A stretch of DNA of 64,000 nucleotides, from the NCBI GenBank assembly GCA_030248215.1, contig JASANG010000273.1, forward strand, positions 248,001-312,000. Direction: 5' to 3'. The notes beneath the pieces were generated by a model. That model did not search any database. It saw nothing but the letters and a program-made list of their open reading frames with translations, and was not told the DNA's origin. The stretch is from Enoplolaimus lenunculus (taxonomy: Eukaryota). Of the stretch, positions 26,246 through 40,165 are shown in pieces. The first letter of the stretch is position 1. Each line of letters opens with the position of its first letter. The translations under genes and the position numbers were made by a program.

Positions 26246-27350
26246 AGTCCACTAAAAATGTCGACGACGTCTCTTCTTGCGTGTACGTCTCTTGCTCACG
26301 CTCCTTTGACTGCGACGCTCGTTGCTGCTGTTGCTGTTGTCGTTTCAACTGACGACTGTCACGTATCTGTTGCCGCACTGCCGCGACCCAGCATACGTTG
26401 GCTACTCTCGGAGCTACCGTAGCAGTACTCTCCTCGACTTCTTGAGCCCAATCCTGTACTTTACTATCTTTTTCTTTCCATAGAAGCCGTTCCTTTTTCC
26501 TAGGTTCCCGCTGTTCCAACGGTTCTATCTCTCCAGCTTGAACTCTTTCGGTAACCTTTTCCACGGTCACTCTCGGTGTCAAAGGCGGTTCAGCCCCCTT
26601 CGGGGAAGCCAGTGTGTACTTTACTTTCGCAACCGCTTGCTAGAAAGTTCCCTTTTTTCCTCAACAACTGCCTGTTATGCTACACAATGTGTCGAAAGCG
26701 GTTCAACCCCTTTCGACACAGCCGGTACTTCGTTCTTCGCCATCATAGCCTGTATTTCTTTTTTATTCTATCCGGTTGTTTCCACGTAATATTATAGAAG
26801 TTATTCACTCGTTGCTCTCCATTCTCCACACCTTCATCCATCAGTTAAATTTCCATTCCTGCCAACTGGCGTGCTCGCCATGACCGTAGAGTTCTTCGAT
26901 TTACCATCACCAAGGACACATTAGACAAAGGTTATCCCAAACTCATTCAGCGTATCATTCCAAATATTAATGCTGTCCCGCAGCCATATGGATATTGGTG
27001 ATCTTCGTCGTACCACTAACCAAAAATTTTTAAGATAAAGACAGTTTGCTTGCCTGTTTGGTTATATTATCCTGCATGAAATCTTTACTGTTTCATCCGG
27101 GGGTAATTCCTAAAAAACTTCCTGCACGTCGATGTTTCCATTAAACGACTCATCGCCAGAGTCTAACATAAGTACCGTAAATCTGATCGCTCCTGATACT
27201 CATTTCATTATACAGACCTATAGCTTTTGTAGCTGTACCTCTTTCTATAAAACTAACTCCAGGATCCCTACTTCTAAATTCGAAGGTAGCGGTCCCTCAT
27301 GAATCTTTCCAATCTTGATACCAGGTGCCCTCGCATTTTATTTGCGTGGG
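26241..27350 (-). pseudogene. Decayed ORF, probably the 3' internal region of an LTR retrotransposon
   Basis: One minus frame reads as protein-like for about 250 codons with scattered stops (..FTVLMLDSGDESFNGNIDVQEVF*ELPPDETVKISCRII*..KEIQAMMAKNEVPAVSK..). It then shifts into ORF 26241-26582, which ends at the LTR start. Domain not recognised. Confidence 0.45.
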
Positions 27351-27678
27351 GCGAAGTATAAAACGTGCCCATATAAATTTTATGTTTATGCATTTAAAGT
27401 AGCACAAACTCTCCCAGTTACTGTATGTCAATCTTCCACTGCCTTAGTGTTTTAGTATTATAGTCGGAAATGTAATATATTTAACGTCTGCCCCTTCGGT
27501 TATACAGTTTTTGTATTTTCTTTGGTAAATTGCAAGCATAGCTAGTTAACAGGGAACCTTAAATATACATTTCCAATTGTATTCTCTTAAAACGACCCAC
27601 TGGAGTGGACAATGGTTTGGTGTTGACACTGTCAACTGTATCGTGTATGATCTTTAGTGTTTTTAATGTACTGAACTA

Positions 27679-30135
27679 ATGATTCAGTTAGATTCCTGCG
27701 CAATAGAGCATATCACCGAAATAATTCCTAAATATAGCACCGCTGAATTGTCGCAGTCCATCGAGTACATATTCGACGAAACTACTCGAAGTATGATTTA
27801 CTTACGGTTTTCTGCGTTTTTATGCCAGCTAAAGGTCAATTTTTGCAAAGCTCGTGTATACGAGTACTTATCATATTCTTGTAGAAACAGTTGTTCTTGG
27901 ACTTTTTGCTTTATCGAGATGATTAATTTTATTTTTGAAGGCATCTGTTATAAGGTATCTTTGAAATGGTATTATATGCCACTTCTTTGTTATTCTAGGG
28001 GAACAGGATTGTAACGCTCAATTGACAGATTCACTAAACGCGTTGTTCTTGGCAGCAGCAAAATATGATAGCAGTTCTGTGGAATTTCGGTCAGTGTATG
28101 ATCTGTTATCTTAGCAAGCAATAAAGCATCAAAAACATTTTCAGAAACTTGCATAACACGCTGTTGGTGCTATTAAATTTTGTATTAGCTGTTAGGACAG
28201 TGTTCCTCAAAGGTAACGACATAGCACTGCGCTTGTTTATATATAAGCTTGAGCTTGATTTATACCTTATTCAAACAAAGCAATTTCGCAATGGTTAGTA
28301 TTTGCAATTATTTTGCCAAAAAAATCGCAGATGTCTGAGTTTCTTTTCTTCAGACGTTTCATTAAAGACGAGCTCAACCTGCAGAAAGATTTTGAAGAAG
28401 TTCTTGTGGCGAGCTATGAGGTACACCGTGAGAGGTTATTTGTGGATTATTACATTTTGAAATAAAAAAGGCAAAGTTTTGGATATTAAATAGTTGCTGT
28501 AAAGTAACAATTACCTTGGTCTAGTTGAGTGACAATTCTAGGTTTTATTGTTTACGTTGCAGAAACACAAAGTAAAAGCTCGTCAACAATTAATGAGGTA
28601 AGACAGACTTTTGTATCGTTAAGGATTGATGTCTAGGATTACATTTAATCTTAGCATGCTTGGAAATATTCTGTTTTGCTGTTGCTTATCAGTTCGTCGT
28701 TGTTGCAGTTGGTATTTCCTGCTAACAATGGCTTTTAAGTAAGACATCCGTGACAGCCATCATCTTTGATGTGTCTGCAATAATTCTAGAATTTAGAAAC
28801 CAGGGTTTAAATTCCAAAGTTAAAGAAACTTTTCAGTATAACAACACGCCTTGTTTCAATTATTTACTTGTCTAAGATACTGTCGTTTTTGAATTAGTGA
28901 ATGGTTCAAGAAGTTTGTTTTGATTAAGGCTTTTTTAGTGTTGATCACCACCATCCGAGAATTGTGGACGTGGACTGGAAACTTAGTCATATTATTGAGG
29001 TATATATACTATCTAAAACTTTTGGGTTTAACTATGGTTGCTTGTTTCAAAAAGCTTTTTACTTTATTTGTCCGTGCAACGAAAGTGCAAAGTTTCATTT
29101 TTTGGTTTAACTAGAACAGAGTATGAGTGTGTCTGATTGTGTGTTTTGTTGGTCATTGTTACATATGGAAAATGAATCTTCGAATCGAACTACTAGTGTT
29201 GGTGGGTTTGAAAGAAAATATATTCTAAGCTACGTGAGGCAGTATAAATATAGCTTGATAGTACCTAGAACTGTGCAAAAATTTATTTTATCGTTCAGAC
29301 TGATCCATGTGGTTCCAGCAAGCCTGTGTACAAAGTGTCCTTACGTACCGTTGTAAGTTTAGTCTCAGTCTACTCTACAGTTATTATTTGTTAACATTTT
29401 AATCGTTTTTATTAGGGGTTTTCTATAGATGTTTACTTTTCTTACCAGACACTGTTGGTCAAAATTGTAGATAGCAAATTTATCTGATGGATTCATAGCT
29501 AGCTGTGAGCTGTCCTGTAGATACATTCATTGTTTGGTCTTCAAATATTCTATAATTTTGAATAGTGTACGTATATTTCCTATATTTGTAGCGTCCGAGC
29601 TCTTAAAAACCCTTGAAAGAATGTGAACACTCGAGCGAGTACAAGCTCATTTTTGATACATACTTTTTGTGAAATTAAAAACATACTTACTTGCTGTAAT
29701 TTTATTTTATCTTGGGCTACTGTGTGGCCATGCCGGTGGCCTTTAGTATTGTTTAGTTTGCAGGAATGTGATAAAACTGATCTTTCGGATGTGAACTTTT
29801 CGTGTGGTCCTGAACAACTTCAGGTTAAAGTTTGAATAGTTATACGCCATAGATGGATGTCGCCTAACATAGTTTTAAAGCGTTAAGAAAAGTATGAAGC
29901 GAAAAATAACGCTCAAGCTCTATCACTCAATTTTTACTTGCAAACTTTGTGATGGTTGTACAATTGCTGATATTTTGGTTGGTATTGCATCACGTTATTC
30001 AGTAATCTGAATTTTTATGCGGAGATTGAGTGAATGCTGTAATACTATGTAGCGGTCATTTTATAGGATATTGTGTGGAAGCTAAAAGAAGCTCTAAAGT
30101 GTGCAGAAAATTTTTCGCAAACTGGGAAGTCCTGA
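27679..30135 (+). CDS. COMMD3: COMM domain-containing protein 3 (Commander/CCC complex), about 182 aa, 8 exons
   Basis: Exons 27679-27790, 27999-28089, 28354-28420, 28563-28597, 28939-28999, 29299-29352, 29764-29823, 30067-30135, all GT-AG and phase-consistent. COMM motifs PRIVDVDWKLSH, KPVYKVSL and VNFSCGPEQLQDIVWKLKEA match COMMD3 (PHITDVSWRL..PAYLVTL..ISFSCSMEQLQDLVGKLKDA). Confidence 0.88.
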
Positions 30136-30466
30136 TTAATATTAATATGTATATTATATTTTGTAAACATTTTACCGTTTTAGTTTTTCATGGTATTGAA
30201 TGAATACGATTTAATATTTTAGAGTAGTAATTTGCTGTCATATGCATTAGCCGCGAGTATTTTGCTTTAGTCCAAATTTGCACGTGAAAGTTTGAAGAAG
30301 GGGGATTTTTAACTGGTCGTAAGCTGAGGAACTGCAAAAGCCTACGTATACTGCGCGTGCTTGTGATACATTTACAATTAATGTTGACATGGTAGGCGCT
30401 ACGCAGTCAAAAACATTTGCAGCGCACGAAACTTCAAACATCAAGTGTACTTCCTATGCCTATCTT

Positions 30467-30813
30467 CAGGGTACAAACGGAGGTCTGGCTCCGGCAAAAA
30501 ATTGACCTTCGGCTTCGGTAGAGTTTCTTCCGGAGGTTCCGGCAATTTCGGTAGTGTGACTGCGAAATTTCACAATATTTATTTGTTTTTTGCGCTCAGC
30601 TTTTGGTATACTTATGAGGAACAAATTTGCGAGATTTGTTAAAACAAGCGTGAAACCAAATGATTTAACAACATACTGCAGATATTTCCTAAAATTTGCG
30701 AAAATAAATACGGAAAATTCCCTTAACTTAAGTATAATTTCACCTCACCTCCGGCTCCGGCAAGTTTTGTTCACCTCCGTCTTCTGTATTTTTTCACTTC
30801 CGGTTGCAGCCTG
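30467..30813. mobile_element. hAT-like MITE (second copy at about 31592-31972)
   Basis: Ends CAGGGTACAAACGGA / TCCGGTTGCAGCCTG resemble the 51510 family TIR. A collinear copy lies about 1.1 kb downstream. No clean TSD. Confidence 0.6.
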
Positions 30814-32035
30814 CTTATAATATTTTACAAAGGTGCTCACTACTCTATGGCTAGTTAGTAGAAACTTAGTTAAAGGCTAACTGGCATGTGATAGCATCAT
30901 TTCTGACTATGAGATAGTCAACGGTCGATATGTCACATCTCTGCAACCCAGACATGTTAATGAATTAATTGGAATGAAATAAATTCTTAGCCGCGTTGTT
31001 CATCTTGAGCAGCCAGCGTTTAAAAAGTGTCCTACTCTAGCGCAAGAAGAATATAACTACTATTACAACGATGGTCACGATGAAAATGAGCTAATTTTGA
31101 TTAGATTGGCAGCACAAGTGGTGTATTTTAAATCGTTTTTTGAGAAATCTCGGCAGTTTCTCAAAATTTCAAATATACTCAATTAGGGTTAGTGACAGTT
31201 AAAATAGTATAGCTGGAGTCCGGCAAAAATTCTACCGGACCGTAGCCGGCGGTCGATTTTCTGCCGGAAGCCGAGGCACACCTCCAGTTGTATAAGATTT
31301 GTCAGCGAAACTTCAATTTTTGAGGCGCATATATATGAGCGCAGTATAGTATTATTAGAATGCCAGTTTAAACCAAAGACTCAGTGTTAGAATAAATATT
31401 CCAACGCAAAAAATAGTCTAAAGCCGGGCAACGATCCGACGTTCAATTTTTGAGGCCAATATATATGAGTGCCGAATAGTATTATTAGCATAAAAGTTTA
31501 AACCAGAGAATGAGTGTTAGAATAAATACTTCTTCGCAAAAATATTGTAAACGGCGGACAACGATCCGGCGTTCATCTATATTCGTGGGAGAGAGTACAA
31601 CCGGAGGTCTGCCTCCGGCTCCGGCAGAAAATTGACCTCGGGCTCCGGTAGAATTTTTGCTGGAGGTTCCGGCAATTTCGGTAGTAAAATTTAGCATACT
31701 TTTGCAAAATTTATCTGTTTAGCACGTTTTGTTACAATTTTCAGGAAAGAATTTCCGAAATCACGTTTTGTTTCACTTTTGTTACAATTTTCAGGAAAGA
31801 ATTTCCGAAATTTCGCAGAAAATAGCGTAAAACCAAACAACTTAACAACGTTTTACAGATATTGGCTAAAACTAATTAACTAACCATTATTTTTACGACC
31901 TAATTTCGCCTCGGCTCCGGCAAGTTTCGTTGACCTCCGGTTCCGGTATTTTTCACTTCCGGTTGCACCCTAACATGGGCCATTTTTCACACGCGAAGAT
32001 ACACGCTGTCATGTAAATCGTGTTATGCGGCAGGC

Positions 32036-33045
32036 GGCCAATGTTACCCTAAAGGCCGTCCTATTTTCCCGGGACAGAAATGTACCAGGAGTACCCGTCC
32101 CATTTTCTCATGACAGCAATGTACCAGGACTACATACAAAAAATATCAATGGGACAGTTGGAACAGATGGGACAGTCGGGACAAATAGGACAGTTTGAAC
32201 AGATGGGACAATTAGAACAGATGGGACAGTTTGAACAGATGGGACAGTTTGGACAGATGGGACAGTTTATATATATATATCTATTTATATAATATATATA
32301 TCCTACTGTATCGAACCGAATAAGAGGGGACTGATATTTATTTGTCTTTTCCAGAGGGTACCCCCCTTGTTACTCGGTTACGGAATGTTATTTATTTTTT
32401 TAACCCAAGCTCCGCCGTCCTTCGTTATTCGGTACTGCAATTATCCGTTGAATTAAATATTTATTTGTCTTGTGTCAATAGTTTGAGCGATAATACAAGG
32501 TAATTATTATGAATGTACTTTCAAAATTTATACGCTTTAAAGTTTCGAACTCAATTTAATTGGTCCTGGAGTCGTTTATGCGCTACAATTAGCGATAATC
32601 CACATTTATGGACTCTAATTAGGGTTTAGTCACTCTATCCGCTTACGGACTCTATTAGGGATACGGACTCCTATTGATTTGGACTCAAAATGGGTACCCC
32701 CTCTTATTACCCCCTCTTATTCGGGTCAATACAGTACGTAAATATATCTGCCTGTGCATATGTAAACAGGAGCGCATAAGTGTGCACTCCGGGTATATTT
32801 CAGTCCCGGGAAATTGGGACGGCCATTATAGTAACATGGGCCGTCCCGCCCAACTGTCCCATCTGTTCCATTTGTCCCATTTGTCTGATCTGTCCCAACT
32901 TTCCCACTGTCTCATCTGTTCCGCTGTCCCAATTACATTTTTTGTATGTACTCCTGGTACATTGCTGTCCCGGGAAAATGGGACAGGTACTCCTGGTACA
33001 TTTCTGTCCCGGGGAAATGGGACGGCCTTTAGGGTAACATTGGCC
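32036..33045. mobile_element. Composite: Merlin-like minisatellite element (32036-32842) with nested mariner MITE (32306-32734) plus an inverted partial copy (32843-33045)
   Basis: GGCCAATGTTACCCTAAAGGCCGTCCC at 32036 and its reverse complement ending at 33045. Internal right TIR ends at 32842. TA-flanked MITE inside. Confidence 0.8.
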
Positions 33046-33752
33046 TGACATACAATCCCTTGTACACATTCATCATTTGAGAGCGGTAAACGCCATTGCT
33101 CGTTTTGCGCTATATTCGTGATAAATAAATTGGAACTTATTTACCCTGTCCAGCTAGAAAAACTCCCCCCCTTGTCCGCAAAGAAAATTTTTAATGAATT
33201 CTTAAGGGGGGTGACAACCTCCTAAACCACAACCCTCCACAAGTTCAAGAATAACAGCCTTTTGGGGTTCTAGTATGAAATCCGCTTTAGTGCTGTAGGC
33301 TTGGTGGCGGTGGCTCCCTATTCTATTTGTTGTCCCATGAAATTATAGGGCCAAGTTGCGGCAACCTCGCAGAAAGTAAAAAAGGAGTACAAAAAGTGCC
33401 TATATGTGTATAGATTTGGCTGCTGTAATGTGCGCAGGAGCCTATACGTGTAATTGACAGATTTTTGACAAGTTAGCTAGTATATTTAAATTGTTATAGT
33501 AAAATAATCTTGGACCACAGTTAGAGACATGTTATACAGCTGCCGCGAAACCGGAGAGGTCCCAATGTTCATTTTAATTTTTTAAGTACTTGCCCAAATT
33601 TGCAGTTATAGTCTTCAATTATAAAAATTTTTTAAAATATTTTTTGTGCTTCGCGCGAAAACTGCAAATATATATTGTTGCATTGTATGTTGTGCGGTCG
33701 TATGGCCAATGTATATAAATGCTATGTTAGGGCGAAGCAGTTGAAACAATTG

Positions 33753-33824
33753 ACCACGGTTGTATTCGAACCAGCAATCTTTGGCTAACCGGGTCAACGC
33801 TCTTACCAACTGAACTATTACGGC
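33753..33824 (-). mobile_element. tRNA-derived SINE head / tRNA pseudogene
   Basis: Minus strand GCCGTAATAGTTCAGTTGGTAAGAGC (A box, D arm) ... GGTTCGAAT (B box). Acceptor and T stems are mismatched. Confidence 0.6.
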
Positions 33825-34521
33825 ACTGCTTCAACTACTTGTGTTCGCTATTATATATACGTTGTTTCCCAGTGTACTACACTGTATACTGTATAGCTAC
33901 TATGCAGTGTGTAATACCAGTTGACTTTTTTATATGTGTGCTATGTATTCCTATGTATTCCATTATTTTGTGTTCGTCGTGCAATACCCGACATGCATTA
34001 ACAGTGCTCAAGGTACTAGTCCCACACTTCACAAGGCGCTCGGTGGCAGGGATGGGAGGTCTCGGTCTCGGTCTTGTTCGGTTTTCACTGTTACGGCAAG
34101 GCAAAGAAATTGTGTTACGTATTTCATTTACTAGTTAACAAAGCAGCGTATTTACTTTCGAAGTATGAGAAACTGAAACTGTTCGTTTTCGTGTTGAAAC
34201 ACAACATACTGACAAAATCAGTTTTTATTCCTATTATCATTGCAGACGGTACCAGTCCTACACATCATAAGGTGCTCATCGTCGCTGTTAGGGCAACGAA
34301 GATAAATTGTGTTAAGTAACGTATTTCATTTACTTGTGTACAAAGTAGCGTATAACGTTCAATATACCAATGCAGAACTAAAACTGAAGGTTTTTTGCAT
34401 AAGTTTTATTTAACTCAAATTGTTGAAACTCGATTTACTCTGCAGGTCAGATTAGGTAGTAATTTGTGGTTTCGTGCATTAAATGTTTTAGGAACTATAA
34501 ATGTAGCATATATACGTAATA

Positions 34522-37500
34522 ATGCGCCCCCAAGAACCTAAGTTTCCAAACGAAAACCCGGCTGCAGGACGCACCAGCTTTTCTGAGAAATATCGGCAAA
34601 AACCAATTATTCCGTGGCATCAACAGTGGGCAGAAAACATTAATGTCTCAATTCATTTGGCAGAAACACGGCACAGAACGGCTGGAATGACACCAGGTTG
34701 GCATGTTTCACTGTTCGAAGTCAAAGTTAATGTTGAACATCTCCCTTCAAATTTAAATATCTCGAAACATTTTAAGTAAGTATATCCAACGTTACGCAAT
34801 TCATAAACCATAGAAAAGCTTTTCAGTTAAATAAAATAGGACCAGTTTGGATTATGATTGCTTTTAATTTTTTGTAATAGTTATTTATATATTTGATTAT
34901 ATTGACTCTATAGTTTCGACGATAAAATGTCGTATATTAAAGAACGTTGATTTATCTGGAACGTACTTCGTAGTTTGCAGAGGAACGGGCGTATCGAAAA
35001 AGATGGGTGTTAGCTCAAAAAATCGCTGATACTGAGCCGTTGGATATCCGTCTAAAATCGCTCAATCCTTTCCGGAAGCTGATGCGTATTCCACTAGATT
35101 ATATGCAGACCAGATTTTTCAATAAATGGCTGGTAAGAGTCCATACTTGCGGAACAGAAAAGAAACTTAGCTGCGTTTTTGAATATCAGACCAGGTTTCA
35201 GGGATGGGCAGTCTCGATCTCGGCAATTCTCGGGATTGGTTTGGTCTTGGTCTCGTTTTTTAGTCTCGGTGGTTTGCGACTAAACAACAAAACGGTGAAA
35301 AAACGTTAAACAAGTTTTTTCTTTTTCCGCTCAGCCTTCAAACTAATGAACCAAATCTTTTACTCGTATTTTGAACTAAATGTATACACGTGAATTAATT
35401 AAATTTGGTTAGTTGTTTACGTCCCTCCACGCTATGACGGTTTTAATAGAAGGCTCATGTCCCCCCAAAGTGATTATTTTATTACATTATGAGTTATGAC
35501 ATAGATATAAAATTGCCCACTACAAGTAATGTGGATGGGGTTTTAGAGTTGATCACCAAGTAATGTTTTCATTAAAATTGGCACTGACGTCACACGTGAT
35601 CTTCTAAAGTTCATTTTTATATGTGTGCAAAGTCTGGGACCATTGGAGTTGGTTATAGCATTGTGAAAGTTTTCAATCCTTGCGTTTGCGATACCATTTC
35701 TAAGTTGCCCTTCCCTGCCAGGTATAGTGAGGTTTGTTTTCTGTTTTTAATTATAAGTCCAATCTAGTTGTATTCATTGAAATTTGTGTTGTTTCTGAGC
35801 ACAAGATGGACTTTTCCATGCCTTATGTACCGGCGTTGCTATATTGAAAGTTTTCAAACATTTAAGGGCTGGTATTTCGGCGGTGTATTTCGGCGAGGTA
35901 TTTCAAGAGCAGCTTTCATCTACAGCGGTATTCTCGTCACCTGGTATGTTATGAAGTATAATCGAATGGTAAGTTTCACGATGTTTTGTTTTAGTCTTTT
36001 TATTGTGACATGATTTTATGTTAGCGGCGACGTGAAATTCTGGTGCTGAAAGCCTCTTTAGACTGAGTCTTGTATTTTTCTGAATAATCTTATCTGCGAC
36101 ACAGTTTTAACTGAAATTATTCTAAAATGTCGATGACTAAAATATGTTTTCTAACCGTTCAAGCTTCAGTAACGAGCAGGGATATGCGGTCGGTAAAAAA
36201 ACCGAGACCGAGAGCGAGATTCGACAACCGAGACCGAGACTGTTTGGTCTCGGTCTCGATCGATTTTTGCGCGTTACAGAGCATAAACATAAAATTTTTT
36301 TCTTACAAAAGTTTTGAATGTTTTTCGTACTTCAGTTTGATTGTAGCATAATAAAATGTTGCATCTGCTCAAATTTATAATATTAAACTCAAAAAATATA
36401 TATACCGCAAAATTTTATTTTTAGCATAAACACACTAGAAACACAGATTAACACGACCCCACGCCAAAGACTACGTACGATAAAATATAGGACGTTTTCA
36501 GTGTCAAAACTACGCTTTCAGCTTTTTTCCACCGAAAATGAGTCGTCAATGGAAAGTATATTTAAACTATTAATACGAAACGCTTTTTATCTGTGTTTTG
36601 ACGCAATATCAAAAAACTTGGGGTTTAATTTACTTCATAGCATCAAAAGAGCAAAACATTCTAGTCAAATATCAATAATTACAATTGACGTATGTTTATT
36701 GTGAACGTCGGGAACTTGTGTTTCTCCTTTCGTCTCGATTTGAAACCTGCCGATACTCAAAAAACCGAGACCGAGACCAATGCCGCAAATCACTGGTAAC
36801 GAGGTTAGTATTGACTGTTGTTACTGTTGTGATTTAGCATTCAAGTAACATTTGTTGAACACCCTATATGTGAGTGCTATAAAATTGATTCATTTTCAGA
36901 CATTTGAATCGTACCGTGGCCCTCACGTTATTAGTGAAGACGTAAACGTGTTGGTTAATCCCGAGGTTAGTGATTTTTTGGTCTCGCATTGCAGAGTGTT
37001 CCAGACTCAGCACGCTTTAAAATATTCTTTGACGGGACAGAATTTAATTGTCATTTAAAGACCTAGTTCGTAAACGGTTTTATCTTGCAAAATGGTTCTT
37101 CAAAAATGGCTCGGGTTTGAAATTTTCATTCGAATATTAAGTTATTTGCAATATTGAAATCATAGTGTATTCTCGTGCTGAATTTATTGTCTAGTTATCA
37201 TTGCTTTGTTGGCGTTTGCTACGGCCCAACCAATTGGTAGACCAATATAATAATAGAGTTTTACCATAGTGTGGCGCAAAATCTTCTTCCAGGAACATGT
37301 TTAATGTAATCCTGTACGTATCACAGCGTTTTGTCGTTTAAGAATATCAGCTGTTAGATTATTTTGCTGCACATAATCGGTTAGCGATATAGGTTCTACT
37401 AGAGCTATTGAATAAATATTTGTAGGAAATTGAGCGTCGCGAGCCTGGCTTGATCGCAAAAGCATTCGGTGAACGTGAACCTGGGGACGTTACGTCTTAT

Positions 37501-37569
37501 GTCAACTTTGGATACCAAGATTACCTTTTGCGAAACAACGTTGACCTCCAACCACCGGAGAGGCCTTGA
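34522..37569 (+). CDS. NDUFB6: NADH:ubiquinone oxidoreductase subunit B6 (B17), about 212 aa, 5 exons
   Basis: Exons 34522-34696, 34981-35132, 35867-35968, 36900-36965, 37426-37569, phase-consistent. Motif HLAETRHRTAGMTPEERAYRKRWVLAQ..EP..LNPFRKLMRIPLD, TM segment and WYVMKYN match invertebrate B17. Exon 3 uses an AAG acceptor, so its start is less certain. Confidence 0.82.
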
Positions 37570-38580
37570 TTCGAATTAGGATTTCGTTTAATGAGTGTTA
37601 TCATTCGTTTTGTGTGCATACGTTTAGTGAGTTAATTCAGGGATTAGGGATGGTCGGTGTCGGTCCAAAAGCGAGACCGAGACCGAGATCCAACTTACCG
37701 AGACCGAGACTTTTCGTCTCGGTCAATTTTTAGCCGTTACTAAAAATAAAAATAAGATTTTTTAACAAAAGCTTTGAATATTTTATCTGCTCTGAATTGC
37801 CGTTTCATACAATTAAACTAATAAATCGCCGCCAAGCTTTATACTTTTTTTACTTGGCTACTGTCCCCATACCCTTCGAACAGGCTCGGGACAAATCCGA
37901 CTATCTCAAAATATTCTCAGTACAACCCTAATTCAAAGCAATAGTGTTGTTTTTGATCCCGGACAAACCGAATAGACTGGAAAATGTTTTAACATAGCAT
38001 AGACTTTACAAATGCGGATGACCCATAATTTTTTTTACACGATGTCTTAATTTTAAACGCGAAAATGCAATAAACGCGAAAATGCAACTATTTGGGGTCA
38101 TTCTGAGTCTCAAATTGTTGTATAACCATGTAGTGGTGCTCCACAATCGTTCGCTCTAACGCTGCGATCCAAGGAAATATTTTTGATTGTTTATCGCGTT
38201 TTCACCTCTTCGGTCTCTATTTGCTAACAACCGAGACTGAAAAGAGCCAAGAAAAATCTCTGTCTCGGTCAATTTTTGGTCATCACCGAAAAATATTAAG
38301 ATTTTCAAAATGAATTATTTCTAATGCTTTTTTCTTAGTTTTTTGTGTTTTTCATAGCTTTTTGTATTTTTTAGAATATCTGCTCGTAATTATTGCGTAA
38401 CTATAAAATTTCATAATTTCACAGAAAACATTTAATCATGAGTCATCACTTACTTCAACAATGCAGCCATGCATTTGCTGAATCCTCCACTTCTGGTGTC
38501 GTTTCTAAACAACCGAAACTCAAACAGGCGAGACGTGACGTGCCAAATACCGAGACTTGCTGAGACAGAGACTCCGATCC
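36177..38580. mobile_element. Cluster of hAT-like elements with (CCGAGA)n subterminal repeats
   Basis: (C/T)AGGGATG-type ends followed by CCGAGACCGAGA/TCTCGGTCTCGG at about 34047, 35199, 36177 and 37645. Right ends are degenerate. The span includes NDUFB6 exons 4-5. Confidence 0.5.
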
Positions 38581-40165
38581 ACGCACAAAACCCGAATGTC
38601 GTGTAGTATTCAATTTATTTGGAAGTTTAGGGTGGGACTTTGTGTGCTGAGTTTCTAAAATAGGGTGCTAGCTGTGCTTAAATTAGTGATGTGTTTATTT
38701 TTGAATGCCTTTTTTCTGATGTCGGGTTACGCTGTAATCTGCTTGTTTGTTTATTTCCGGAGTTTTAAGGTTTATGCTTCATTCTAGAGCTGTTTGATAC
38801 TCAAACGTAGATTTAAAACATTGGCCATACCTTGCGAGTTCAGTAACGTTTTGTTTTTACATTTGACGTTGGTAAAACTCGGCATTGCAAATCCTGATAA
38901 GCTATGGTTTAAAGTAGTACTCATTACTTTAGTATGTATTCTATGTAGCTTTTATATTTATAAATTTAACTATGCGGTTTTCCCGCTATAACGGAGAACC
39001 CTGGAACACGCTACGTCAGTGTTACAATTGCGGGCAGCACTTTATCTGTACGCTAACCTGTTATCAAACTCAACAATATTTTAGTTGTGTGCTATCCTGA
39101 TGTAACACCTGATGTAACATTCACTGTTTGTATAAGTACTGCCATTTTCATGTGATATTCGAAATATTGCCTGACTGACAGTATTATATGACATGTTTGA
39201 AAATGTATGCAAAGTTGTGGTAAGCTATCCTGAATGTCCTGTAGAATGTCAATAATGCTAAAATGTGAAACTTGAATTAAAATTCAGCATTAGAAGTGAT
39301 TAACTGCTACGTTATTTATTTTTTACTAAAAGGTCATGTGCGATTTCCATTTTATCGTCATACCCCATATTTATAATATTTTGTGTTGATATCGAACTAA
39401 CATAAAACGTGTTCCGGGCTGCCCGGTTATAACGTGAACCCCCTCATAATGTTTTGTTTCTGTAATAGTAAATGTTTTGTTTATTTTTATACAGCATTTT
39501 TGCGACAATCTTTGCAGTTGAGCTGACAGGAAAGAAGAGTTACATGGTTTAATTTTTACGTGTTTTTATGTTTAAGTGACAAACACTATACCTAAAGTAA
39601 ATGATTGTGCCATAACGGTGGATGTTTTAAAGGAAACCGTTCAGTTGATGGGAGATGCAAAGGCTAGTTTTGCTAATGGGTGCGTTTTGCCTTGGAACTG
39701 TTAGTAAGGTTTAGAATCCTCTGCTAGACCAGTATAGACGTCATTTGAGTCATGGAACATCCGCATTATACAGCACGCCCTACTGCAAGAAATGTCTGGT
39801 TATGATTAAGATTCGACGTCGTATTAACACACTATTACGAGAACACTATAAAGTCCGGTAATCTCTAACGAGGGCGTAAAGACATATTGCACTGTGTTCA
39901 TATAGCATCGCAAACATGTAACAACAACACAAACACGTACACACTTATTTATTTTGCTTAATATTTTACCTTTTGTCCCGACTCGTTTCAGACAGTGTCG
40001 GGACAATAGTGTCTAGGTACCGCATAAAATTGTACCTACATGCTAGATTCACCTTCAATTTGTATACAGATCGCAACCGGGTGGTTGGAGAAATAATTTT
40101 TACATTAGCACGCGCATTAAGGTGGACGACCAATTACGTAGTGTTCTGATTCCTATAGTTTTCAG

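Noticed and set aside
33753..33824. Functional tRNA genes (also 7218-7287 and 59537-59610)
   Set aside because: Acceptor, anticodon or T stems are mismatched, which fits SINE heads or pseudogenes better.
35631..35866. Extra in-frame NDUFB6 exon(s)
   Set aside because: They need weak AAG/GAG acceptors and would insert about 50 aa where B17 homologues run directly from the PLD helix into the GxxxG..R segment.
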